64,000 nucleotides of DNA from Blepharisma stoltei ATCC 30299. Lineage: Eukaryota; Protista; Ciliophora. The notes under the pieces are model-generated. The model saw nothing but the letters and a program-made list of their open reading frames with translations. It was not told the DNA's origin and ran no database searches. The position numbers and the translations under genes were made by a program. Positions 1 through 10,810 of the stretch are shown piece after piece. Where the stretch lies: NCBI GenBank assembly GCA_965603825.1, contig CBFDEM010000062.1, positions 620,001-684,000 on the forward strand, read 5' to 3'. Each line of letters starts with the position of its first letter. Positions within the stretch are counted from its first letter, which is position 1.

Positions 1-228
1 TTTCTTTTAATCATAAGCACTTGAAAATTTCTATTATAAAGTCTGCATAATACTAGTGAGGATGCTAGCCTGTCGTTTTTGCATTCTTCTAACATATTTA
101 TTTATGGAAATTTTTGATTTGCAAGTTTTTCACAAATAGCAAGTCTATGATTCTTATGGAATTAGTAATACTCAATTTAAACAGCAAAATTTGACGGAAA
201 TATGATTATTAACAAAATAAATTGAAAT

Positions 229-824
229 TTATTCTTTTTCAATTGGCTTATTTTGGAAATTAGGAGGCTTTCCTAGCTGCTTATATACATTCATTAAGAA
301 GTCATAATGTTTGGCATCCACTGGATCTTTAAACCTTTCCCTTGGATGTTTAGGCTTTAAATTAGGAATTATCACTTTTTCATCTTGCACAGGACTTGGA
401 ATTCTAGGCTGTTTTGGGATCAATGCCTGCTTAGGCTCCATACTTTTCCACAAGCCTTCTCATGGTTTCCTCACATTTTCATTGCCATAATGGACTTTCG
501 GTAAAAAGTGATGCGGATTTTTGTCAACAAATTGGTCTTTTCTAATAAATAACTCATTTTTCCTTGGATTTAGATTAAAACTTTTATTATGGCGACTCAT
601 TTCAGGACCGTTTGTAGGGGTAATTGGGACAGGGGTAGCGTTAAATGACTGATTTGAAATCAATTCATAGACATGAGAGGAATCTAGATAATATGGAGAC
701 TTTCTCGCTGGAGATAAACTTGAAGACCCGCTATGCAATAAAGGGTTAAACCGATTATTAGAAATTGGTCTTTGAAGGGTTTTGATATCTAAGTATGATA
801 ATTACTGCTATTATAGGGCATCAT
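229..824 (-). CDS. Hypothetical Pro/basic-rich protein
   Basis: ORFs 460..738 and 229..453 join in frame through TGA 460-462. The frame stays open to about 801. The start at 824 (or 821) needs a putative 17-nt GT-AG intron at 789..805, so the 5' end is uncertain. Confidence 0.55.
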
Positions 825-952
825 TTTTATCATAAGTACTCATATTTTAGTATAAATTCCTTGTATTTACTGCACAAAATAATCAACAAAGTTTTTTAGC
901 CTTCCTCTTTTATTGAATAATTTTATTAATTCATATCCTTATCTCTATTAGC

Positions 953-1576
953 TTAGCAAGCACATTTTCCATTATCCTCTTTCTTCTTGCTTGCGTCAAG
1001 TTTTTTCCCTCCCATTCCTCTTACTGCATCTTCCACTGTATCTTCTTTTGCTTGACTTCTTTTCATGATTTCTTCCACCAGTCTCACTAAAGCTTCATTT
1101 GCATTTGTTCCTACCTTAGAACTCGTCATATAGCTCGCTACAAACTGCCTTTGGTTAGCAAACCTCGATAAATCGTCACTGGTCATTCCACTCCCAGGCA
1201 CTAATAAATCAGCTTTATTAGCAACCAACACCATCGGTATTGGTGAACCATCAGGAAGTCTTACATTATCGTCAACACTTCCTTTTCACAAGCTTGCTTG
1301 TTCAAGCGTCCCCTCACGTGTTGCATCAGTAACCACTAATGCGCCATTGGCATCTCTACAATAAAGCCGTGAGATTCCTCCTAACCTATCTTGTCCTGCC
1401 AGATCCCACAATTGGACTCTAACAGGCTCTCCATTGATTTCAATTATTTTCAGGCCAAATTCACAACCTATAGTAGCTTTGTATTTTTCCGTGAACGTGT
1501 TATAGACAATTCTGTTGACCAGCGAAGTTTTGCCGACTCCTACATCTCCGATGACTAAAACTTTGAAAAAGCTCAT
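953..1576 (-). CDS. Rab GTPase, Rab32/38/29-like
   Basis: Motifs GDVGVGKTS, ATIGCEF, WDLAGQDR, NKAD and C-terminal CAC. TGA 1286-1288 supplies the W of the Rab32-type segment W-KGSVDDNVRLPDGSPIPMVLVANKAD. Confidence 0.9.
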
Positions 1577-1594
1577 ATTTTTTGGAAACTTTAA

Positions 1595-3097
1595 ATGGAA
1601 AGCGAAATTTATAGCTCGCTTTTGAAATCTAATTTATTGAAGGAAAAAATATCTGTGAGGCTGCAGAAGGATGTAGAAAATGAACTGGGGAGCTTGGAAA
1701 GAGAAAGAAAAGAAGCAATTAGGCTGAGCCAACTTGTGCATGAGACTGAAGAAGAGCTTGAACAAGTTAATAGAAAAATCAAAAAATGCTTTGAAAATAA
1801 AGAAATTCTGAGTGAATTATCAATTTCTGGGAAAAAGCTGGAAACTGCAAATACTTTATTTCAAGAAATTTTGGAAGAAAATAAGCTTCTGAGATCACAA
1901 ATTGACTCGTTAAGACAAAATATTATAGCTTGGAAAAGAGTCATTCACACTACACAGACTGAAACTGAAAAATATTCAAAGTTGTCTCAACAGAAAGGTG
2001 AAAATATGTGCAATTTAATAATTTCTGAAGACCAAATCCAACAGCAATTATCTCATTTGAGATCAAAAAGTGCAAACTCTCATGAAAAATTTGCGAATAG
2101 AATAAATTCTCTGGCAGCAGTTATCCAATATGAAGAAGACCATAAATCACAAATCCTAAAAAATATAAAAGAGAGCTTAAATGTTCAGATGTTTAGGCCT
2201 CTTAACATGCTAGATAATGCTAAGGTTGCTAATTATTTAATTTCTAGGTATAAAAATCAAATAGTAGCCAAGCAAAAAGAAACAAAAGAATATATTGAAC
2301 GCATACAGGGCTTAGAAAAAGCACTGAAAATTATAACAGAAGCCACTGGTATAGCTTCTTGTCAAGAAATTACCACACAATTCCTGAAGTCTGAAGAGCA
2401 AATAGGAGGAATGACACGATATTTAAATGAACTGAACACTGAGTGAGATATCCAGTTAAAAAACCTCAGCTTTATTTTTTTATTTGCAATGCAAAAAGGT
2501 ATGACTAAAAGCGCTAATAAAAAAGATGCAATGGAAAAATCAGAAGCCATAGAGAAAAAAGCCCAAAAAGTATTAGAAGATAATAAAAAATTGGGTATCA
2601 AATGCGCTCAAGTGCAGTTTCAATTAAATCACTCTTTCAGTATTATAAAAGTATTTAAAAATTAGCAAATGCTCAAAAAATGCCAAAAAGCGCCAGTTAA
2701 ACCACAAATAAATGTAAGCCCTCCTATTGTGCCTGAAGAAACGTGTGAGGAGAATATTATTTTTTATTTAAGCCAAATTGAGGAATATATTTCATTATTT
2801 CAGATGATTATATCAAATTTGTCATATCCAAGGCCATTAACCCCTATTAATTTGCAGACTTCTCCGATAAATGTTCCTAAATTAAATGTAAATCATATTT
2901 AGCTCATTTTGGAATCAAAAGAACTCTTCAAAGATTCAGATTCTGAGGAATCAAAATCTCCTAAAAATCTAGATTTTATGAAGAATCGTGCCAAATATTT
3001 ATATTCAGCTTATACAGAAAGAAGAGCATCAATTCATCATTCGCCTGCTAAGAGTGAAAGCATAGCAAGAGGAAAAACGCTTAGGAACCCAGAATAA
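1595..3097 (+). CDS. Coiled-coil protein, outer dynein arm docking complex DC2 (CCDC63/CCDC114)-like
   Basis: Long coiled coil; IITEATGIASCQEITTQFLKSEEQIGGMTRYLNELNTE resembles the DC2 conserved segment. One frame is restored by TGA 2444-2446 and 15-nt introns 2651..2665 and 2888..2902. Confidence 0.65.
2651..2665 (+). other. 15-nt spliceosomal intron
   Basis: gtatttaaaaattag; removing it deletes an in-frame TAG and joins the ORFs. Confidence 0.85.
2888..2902 (+). other. 15-nt spliceosomal intron
   Basis: gtaaatcatatttag; removing it joins ORF 2669..2902 to 2909..3097 in frame. Confidence 0.85.
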
Positions 3098-3128
3098 ATA
3101 TAATTGTTTGATTAATTAATTATTGAAT

Positions 3129-5219
3129 CTAAAGACTCATTTCTCTATCAAATTCAATTGTCGAGATACTATAGCTCTTGAATAATTGAGAAGTTGTCAT
3201 TGTCAATCCTCTTGATTTTAACTTCTTAACAGTGTCTCTATTTTCTCTCCCAATTTTCATTCTTTCAATAGCTTCTTTAACTCCAGGCTGCTCTTCTGGT
3301 ATAGTATCATTTTCTTCTCTTTCAAAAAGTTTCGGCCTGAAAGTAAATTCAGCTTTATTTTTCTCAATTTCTTGGTCTTCAATTGGCTTCTGAATTTTTT
3401 CTCTATGAATGGTGGCTATTGGAGCGAACTTATATAAAGCAATATTTTTATCTATATGCTCAGCTGCGACCTTTTCTTTATATTCTTTATATAAATTTTG
3501 ATGGTCAGATTTTTGAGCTTCTTCATAAATTTTAGGTAAAGGCAAAACTTTTGGGTTAAAAGTGCATTTTTCAAGTTCTAATGCGTCAAATTTTTGTTTT
3601 AGCTCAGCTTGCTTATCTAAAAGCTTTTGCCGTTCTAGGTATAAGTCATTTGACAGAGAAATAGAATCTCTTGCCTTACTTTTATTTTTCGCTTTCAAAG
3701 CATATTTTTGGGAATTTTGTGAAATTTCAGGTTTAAACGAATACTCAAAACTTTGCTTAAAAGTTTGATTTAGATTGCTGTGGTTGACAATTTCATTGCG
3801 GTTTTTATAAAGAATGGCAGATTTTATGTGAATATTTTGTGCTTGTGATTGAGATAAGTTTATCCTAGCAGGGAAATTCTTACGATCTTCCATTCATGGC
3901 TGATAAAAGTTCATAACTGCATTAATTACCACAAACAACGAATCTTTTGTAACACTCTCAACACTTTTCTCCAAAGTTTTCCATAAAGATAATGCAACTA
4001 ATCTAGCTTCATCTTCATTTTTATTTTCAGGCAAAAAATGCATAAGTCTAAATACTTCAAGCATTCTGTTATAATTAACGGCATTGGAGTCATCAATATC
4101 TACCAATTTCCATTTTTCATCAAATTCTCTTTTTAGCTTGTCCATAAGAACTTGCTCAGAGTTATCGCTTATAATTTTTGTTTTAAGCTTCAGGGGCATA
4201 GTTAAACTTTTATTTAGTCTTCGAACAGCATCATTGTAGAGATGATCGCTTATTTCTTCATCTCTAACCATTTCTTTTGATCTTTTATTTACAGTTGGTT
4301 TAAATAGAACTTGAGAGTCATCAGTTGACTCACTGATTTGAGATGAAGAAAATGACTTGTCTTTTGAAGAGCTTTGGTTGCCCACTGTTTCTTTTGGCTT
4401 GAGATTATATAGTTTTTCATGTCTTTTTTCTTCGAATTCATCAGTTGATGTGGATTTTCTAAAAGAAGGAGTCCATGGAAGCTTAGATTCGTGCCAAGAA
4501 ATATTAAACCAATGCTCACTTGTCCTTTTGAACTGCTCCTCATTTTCTTCTTGAACCTTCTTAATTTTGTTCATTTTTTCATCCAGATATTTTTTTGAGT
4601 CTAAATAAAAATCATCATAGGATCTGTTTTTTGCAGGATTTGGATTGATTTTAGGGATAAAAGTGCATTGCTCCATTTCAGACTTCGCTAGATCTTGGCG
4701 ATTTTTTTCTATATCGTTTATATATTTATTTTGAAAACTCAAAAGACGTTTCCCTGATTCATTTTTTATCGCTGTGCTGCCGTCTTCTTCTAATTTATTT
4801 AGATTAACAAATTTTTTCTTTATTCCAAGTGTCTTGAATGCTTCACCTTGGACTTTTGGGTCAAAAAGCATATCGAGGTCATAAGTTTCTCTGTTTAAAG
4901 TATCTTTATTTAATATAGGAATTGTGACTGAGTCATAAGAAACTCTAGATGATGATGTGGAAAACAGTCGCTTTTCTTTTCTTTTAGGGGTTTCAATAGG
5001 CTTTGGAGAACTCGGCTTAGCATTTGGTTCAGGATCTTTTTGGACTTCAGTTAACGCTTGCGGTTCAGCTTGAATTGGAGTTTTTGAGAGGCTTTGCTCA
5101 ACCGGCTTTTGAGATGGAGAACTTTGTGAGACAGCGGCAACTCCATCACCTTCGCCGATATCTAAATCTTCGTCAGAAAAGTCTTCGTCGCTATCCCAAC
5201 TTGAAGATGAGCTTGTCAT
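3129..5219 (-). CDS. Ciliate-type protein with repeated CTFxPKI / FxPxI motifs (paralog of 15983..18646)
   Basis: Two abutting ORFs joined by TGA 3894-3896. The paralog has TGG at the same place (NFYQP-W-MED vs GFYQE-W-MND). Confidence 0.85.
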
Positions 5220-5714
5220 TGGCTATTTATATATTATGATAATGACATTTTTGGCTGGCTTATAGTTTACTGCTTTAAATAATAAGATATTTAAAATTAT
5301 TTGAAATAAATTAGATTTGATAAGAGTATTTATGCTTGAATAGCGACTTTTAATACTAATTATGTGAGAGATATGCTAGACCAGTAAAATGAACACATGA
5401 CAACCATCTTGTTGAGATTTTTAAAAAAGACCATAAATATTCTCAATAAATTAAAATTATGGTGTCTTTTATTATATCTTTAATTAAAATTCATGCTTAT
5501 ATTAGGTAAATTTTTCATAATTTAAATATTTAAAATTTGCAATTATCTTTTCCTAAACAATCATATTAATTTTTTCTAATTTTCTTTCTGTCTTTTATGC
5601 CTTCCTTTTGCTTTTATTTCTAAGATATTCACTTATTTTCACTAAAAATAATTAATTTGACTTCAATTCAAAATTCCTTAAAGAATGAGAGGCTTATAAC
5701 CATTTTTTGTTGAC

Positions 5715-5957
5715 ATGGTAAGACCTATATAGCCAAAAGAAGTTAAAGACATCAGGATGTTTGTCCAAATGTGCAGACCAGGCACCAACCAAAAGGCACA
5801 AGCAAAATCTGTCACCATTAAGAAGATAGGGAAAGTGACGAAGTTCAAGCTCCGTTGCAATAAATATCTTTATACTTTGGTATTGGATGATGTGCAAAAA
5901 GCAGACAAACTTAAGCAATCTTTACCTCCAAGTCTCAACAAAAAGGAAATAAACTAA
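5715..5957 (+). CDS. RPL38: 60S ribosomal protein L38 (eL38)
   Basis: ATG 5715-5717, intron 5718..5732, then PKEVKDI...TKFKLRCNKYLYTLV...KADKLKQSLPP. Confidence 0.95.
5718..5732 (+). other. 15-nt spliceosomal intron directly after the start codon
   Basis: gtaagacctatatag; removing it restores the conserved eL38 start MPKE. Confidence 0.92.
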
Positions 5958-6021
5958 CTTGAGCTTTTCTGTTGAAATTTTTGAAATTAATTTAGGTATA
6001 ATCGTAAAAGCTAATATTTAT

Positions 6022-7596
6022 TTAGGATGGTGGAGGAATTGTCCAATTTTCAGGAACTGGACCAATGTCTGAAATAATTTCTCTATGAGAACTCCAAACT
6101 AGTTGTATTGCTTCAGGTGTAGCAATTCCTGCAGCTCTTGGATCTCCTGAAGGACCAAACCAATGATTTTGTGGAGCTCCAGTAGTTCTAGCTCTGATTC
6201 CTGCATAAGTAGTCCCATTTACCGTCCTCCCAAGCACATGATTAGCGAATTGTTGGTCTTTAGTGACAACAGCAGCTGTTAAGTGGTGTGATAATTTTTC
6301 CAGGATGGCTAAAACATCTTCTATATTATTCCACTCCGTCACAATTTGGAATGGCCCAAATAGCTCAGTTGTAACTAAATCCCAGTGTTTAGGAATTTGG
6401 TCTATAGGGACATAGACTGCAGTTGGATAATATGACCCATAGATTTCAGGAATCGAATGTGGCACATCTAAAGGTCTTCCTCCAAATAAAACTCTGGCAC
6501 CTGGAATCGCAGCACAAGCATCTACGTGTCTTTGAATTTTTTCATTATTTCACGTTAAAACTGGGCAAATTGATAAGTCATTAAGTGACCTTCTTTCTGC
6601 GAGCTGTTTAAGTTTATCGAAAATTCCGGCTTGAACCCAATTATTGTGGGCAAATAAAATAGACTGGGCTGAGCATTTTTGGCCACTGAATGCATATGCA
6701 TCCTGATCTGATGTCCAAGCGACATAATCAAAATCATGTACATCAGGCCCTAAGACTTTCCAATCAAACCCTGCGTCTTCTACTTTTACTTTTCCTTTGG
6801 TAATTACTGATAAATGATCTGCAATGCGACTTGAGCCTGTGAATTGAATGCATCTGAATAAATCATCACGAATCAGCTGCTCCATTGGCTCTCCAGTCCC
6901 ATGTAAAATATTTACATCTTCTAGTGGCATCCCACAAAAATGCAAAAACCTTACAAACTGCTCAAGACATAGAGCTGCTTTTGGATCTGGTTTAATTGTA
7001 ACAGCGTTTCCCATAAATAAAGCACCAAGAAGCTGGCAGATCGGGATTTCTAATGGAAAGTTAAAAGGTGCAACAATCCCTACAGGACCGTATGGCCACC
7101 GATATCCATGTGACTGCTGCCCTAAATGGTCTCCAGGTACTGAAAATCCTCTCGCTAGGAATCTTACTTGATCTCCAGAGAAGTTTTCACAGAAAGTTTT
7201 AAGAATTCCGATTTCTCCTCTTGCCTGAACCGTATGCTTTGGGACTGCTCTTTGAATTAATCTTGCGAAATAATTGTAATATTCTTCTTGGTTTAAATAA
7301 GAAGCCACTCTTTGGCAAACTTGCCCATAAGTTCTATATCTTTCAACGTTTTTCAAAGGATTGTGAATGCCTGATTTTGAGACTGCTGAGATGCTCTTGT
7401 AGTATGGCTCAAGCTCAGTTTTAGATGTGTTTGGGACATAGAGGAATTCACCACCAAAAAGAGGGTCTAAACATTTGAGATAGTCAGATGAGGACGTCCA
7501 TTTGCCACCTACAAGGTTCATCAGCTGAGCTGGGTTGGTGCTGGAAATGGTTTCAGGGTCAATAGTTGCCCATGTAAAATTAAATGCTCTTCTCAT
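6022..7596 (-). CDS. ALDH12: Delta-1-pyrroline-5-carboxylate / glutamate semialdehyde dehydrogenase, ALDH12 (plant-type), probably mitochondrial
   Basis: Motifs RFLARGFSVPGDH, PFNFPLEIP, FTGSS, EDAGFDWK, SGQKCSAQS and RARTTGAPQNHWFGP; in-frame TGA 6550-6552. Confidence 0.9.
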
Positions 7597-7692
7597 CTAT
7601 TTTATTACTAATAAAAATGTGTAGCTCTTTTATGGAAGCTTTTTAAATTATCCAGACAAATTTCAATAGACATTTATTAATTGTAAAAAATA

Positions 7693-7875
7693 ATGGATCC
7701 AAAAATTAGAGATTATTTGATTATGCTGGGAGGAGGTTTAGCAATTTTCTTCGTAGGATATGAAGTCTTCAGCCCAAATAGCTTTTTAAACTCAAGCAGT
7801 GTTACAGGGGAAGTCGCGAAAGAAGCCACAAAAGTAGCTGCGAAAACTTATGTGAATGAAAAAATATCTAAATAA
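7693..7875 (+). CDS. Small single-pass membrane protein (60 aa)
   Basis: ATG in AT-rich context, hydrophobic YLIMLGGGLAIFFVGYEVF, coding-like composition, TAA stop. Confidence 0.55.
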   Translation: MDPKIRDYLIMLGGGLAIFFVGYEVFSPNSFLNSSSVTGEVAKEATKVAAKTYVNEKISK

Positions 7876-8397
7876 ATTCGCTCTTCAGGCTAAGTAAGAT
7901 AGTAAATTGATTCTTTGTAAATTTATGATAAAATCTGCGAGCATATAGGCAGAAAGAAAGGAATTTTGAAATAAAATGGAGGCACAGCTGATCAGAATAG
8001 ATACTATTGGAGAAGCTTCGCTTAAAATAGGGCAATAAATTTTAATAATTTAATAAATTGTTTTGTTTAGATATACTTTGAGAGTTAATTTCAGAAGTGA
8101 GTTTTTACAAAGTGATGCATGCAAATGCATAAATTTTATTATCAATAAAGGCAAATATAAAAAATACTTTTAACTTCTAGATTGTTTTGACAAATATATA
8201 ATAAACAGCAATTATTTGTGAAATCAATATGCACTAATTTATTTAAAAATATAGCTATATCGGTGAAGCGGCCAAAGATTGTCAGCTGCCTCAATTTTGG
8301 AAAATTTGCTGGATGGCTCATTTAAAAAACTATTGATGTTTTTATAGGTTTTAAACTCTCATTTATTATCTTGCTTTAGAAGAGAATAATTATTTAA

Positions 8398-9003
8398 ATG
8401 GCAGACTATAGAGAACTTGAGCCTAGAATTATGCCAGCAGGTCCCAGCCTTGATAGTGAATCAATTCTTCGTGACATGACTCCGTCTCAAAAATTCCAGC
8501 AAGAAGATCGCGAGCTTATAGTCAGACCTTTTCTCCTTCGCATTCAATATTTCAGTATCTTTTTGCTTTCAACATCGTGGATTTTACCTTTAGTCTGTTG
8601 GTTTGCAGGCCCGCATAGATATATTTTTTATGCAAGTCTAGGTGTTTTTATTGTCCATTTGGTGATTGGCAGCATAGGATTTTTTGTAGTAAAAGGAACT
8701 GATGATCGATACTCCAAAATGAAAAAGTATCGTTTATCTTTGCATATATTTTTCCTAGGCTTTTTAGCAGTTGTTATAGCATATGAAGCATTTGGGTTGG
8801 GCTTTGCAATACAACATAACAGAGATAATTGTGGAGACTATGACAATAATAGAGTTTGCACGAAAAGATGGGGCGTTATGTCAGAACAAATAATTCTGAT
8901 GATGATCCTGCCAGCTGTCAATATATGGATTTGCATTAGTTATGCATATATTACAACATTGACTAAGGAGTGTTTATCTAAGTTAATTGAAAGGACTTTA
9001 TAA
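8398..9003 (+). CDS. Four-TM membrane protein, unknown function
   Basis: Four hydrophobic segments with a Cys pair in the loop between TM3 and TM4. Confidence 0.8.
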   Translation: MADYRELEPRIMPAGPSLDSESILRDMTPSQKFQQEDRELIVRPFLLRIQYFSIFLLSTSWILPLVCWFAGPHRYIFYASLGVFIVHLVIGSIGFFVVKGTDDRYSKMKKYRLSLHIFFLGFLAVVIAYEAFGLGFAIQHNRDNCGDYDNNRVCTKRWGVMSEQIILMMILPAVNIWICISYAYITTLTKECLSKLIERTL

Positions 9004-10755
9004 TTACATAGCAGATTTAATATCATCTTCGGTTAAAATTCCTTTAAGCTCGTCAGCATTAATAAAGGACTCATGCTCCATATTTCTCAGCTCGTTTCAT
9101 GTGATTTTATCTTTTCGCTGCATTAATCTCATTCTTATTGCATTAATTCTGACTCCAATAGGCACAGAGCTTGACCTTTTTGGCTTTTCGTCTTCTTTTT
9201 GCTGCTTTCATTCATTTATCCTTTGTTTTACGATAGATTGATCTTTAAACTTGTATTTTTTGCTTAAATCATACTCAGGAATTCTATATCCGGCCTGTTC
9301 CATGCTAAAAGGCAAACCAAAACCTTTCAATTTTTGGTTATATGTATTAGGGTCATCACATTGCAAATACTGATAAAGTAGCTGTCTTTTTTTGGTCAAT
9401 CCTATATCTTTTATTTCGTTTTCTGAAATCCCACTCATCTGGGCTGCCCAGAACTGTTCTGCTATATTTTCAACTGCTGATAGGAATTGTGTTAAGTCCA
9501 TTGTCCTTGTGCAATTCTGGTTATTTACAAAAATTTGAGAAACTTGAGGGATCGTCAATCTTTGGGAGCCTTTTTTACCTATGATGCCAAAATCATTGCA
9601 AAATTTAATAAATTTGCTGACATTTAAAACTTGCTTATGTGTAGTAATTTGGTCAAAAGTGGGAGATTTCCCTATTCCTTTGTATTGGCTGGCATAAAAG
9701 CTGAAAATTTCTTTAAGTCCTTTGACTTGTTTTTCTATTAAAGTTTCAGGAGCAGATTTATAATAAGATTTTGAGGAAAAACTTGTATTGATAAGCTTTA
9801 GGTTTTCTATTAGATCATAAAGATGGCTTGACAAATCGCTATCAGACTTCATATTTGGGATCAAATCAGTATATTCCTCAATTGTGTTTAGCATCTGAGA
9901 TTCATATGACAGCCTATTAAGGCTTTCTTTACTTGCTCATTCTTCTATTAAGTCTATGCATTGACTATAAGTAAGCTTAAGATATTTTGTTTGTGATTTG
10001 TTTTGTGTGTGCTTAAACCTGTTTTCAATCATCCTATCAAATAGGAATAAGTCTTTATCTTGAGGCAGTTTCATAAGTCATAACATATCTCTTAGCATGC
10101 CTTTAAGTTCATGTGCTTCAATCATATTGGACTGATTCGACACTTTTGATTGAAAAATTAATTCAATATCACTTGCATATATATTTAAATAAGGCTCTAT
10201 CCAGTTCCCTTTATGATATCTGCGGCTATCGCTAATAAGCGAAGTATTTACATTTTTTTCATATTTCTCATTCATTGTGCTTGATTTTGTCAACACTTTA
10301 GGAGTAGTGACTAATGATTTTATCTGCTTATAATCACTGCTTTCTATAACTGCATTAATAAGTGGCCTTTTCAGTATATTTATACTGCTTTGTTCTGGGG
10401 AATCTGAAAATTCCTGCTTGGATGAGTCGTCTTCAGTTCAAGTTATGTCGCCTTGGGTATAAGAAACTCCCATTGCTTTAGTTAGCAGCGTTTCTAGTCT
10501 CTTTTTAAAAGACTCCCAAGTGATATTTCTATATAAAAATTACTCTGGGTTTATAGTGTCAGTTGGATCTAGTGGATTTAAAGGGATTGAAAAAAACTCC
10601 TCTAGCTGCTCTATGTCACCTTTAAATACTTTGGAAATTTTATGTAAAATTTTTTTGAGACCTGAAGTAAGTGTAACAGGCTTCTTGGACCCGACTTTTC
10701 AGAATATTGATTTGGTAACTTCTCCTTCAAGAAGGTCAATTAATAGTTCTTCCAT
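9004..10755 (-). CDS. Protein with a C-terminal p25-alpha/TPPP-like domain
   Basis: One frame from ATG 10753-10755 to TAA 9004-9006, using six TGA and intron 10529..10543. LKEIFSFYASQ..LNVSKFIKFCNDFGII..LTIPQVSQIF..MDLTQFLSAVENIA resembles p25-alpha. Confidence 0.7.
10529..10543 (-). other. 15-nt spliceosomal intron
   Basis: gtaatttttatatag on the minus strand; removes an in-frame TAA. Confidence 0.85.
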
Positions 10756-10810
10756 ATCTTTATAAATTAAATTCAAATAAATTCATTTATTATATAAGTG
10801 GCTAGAATAA

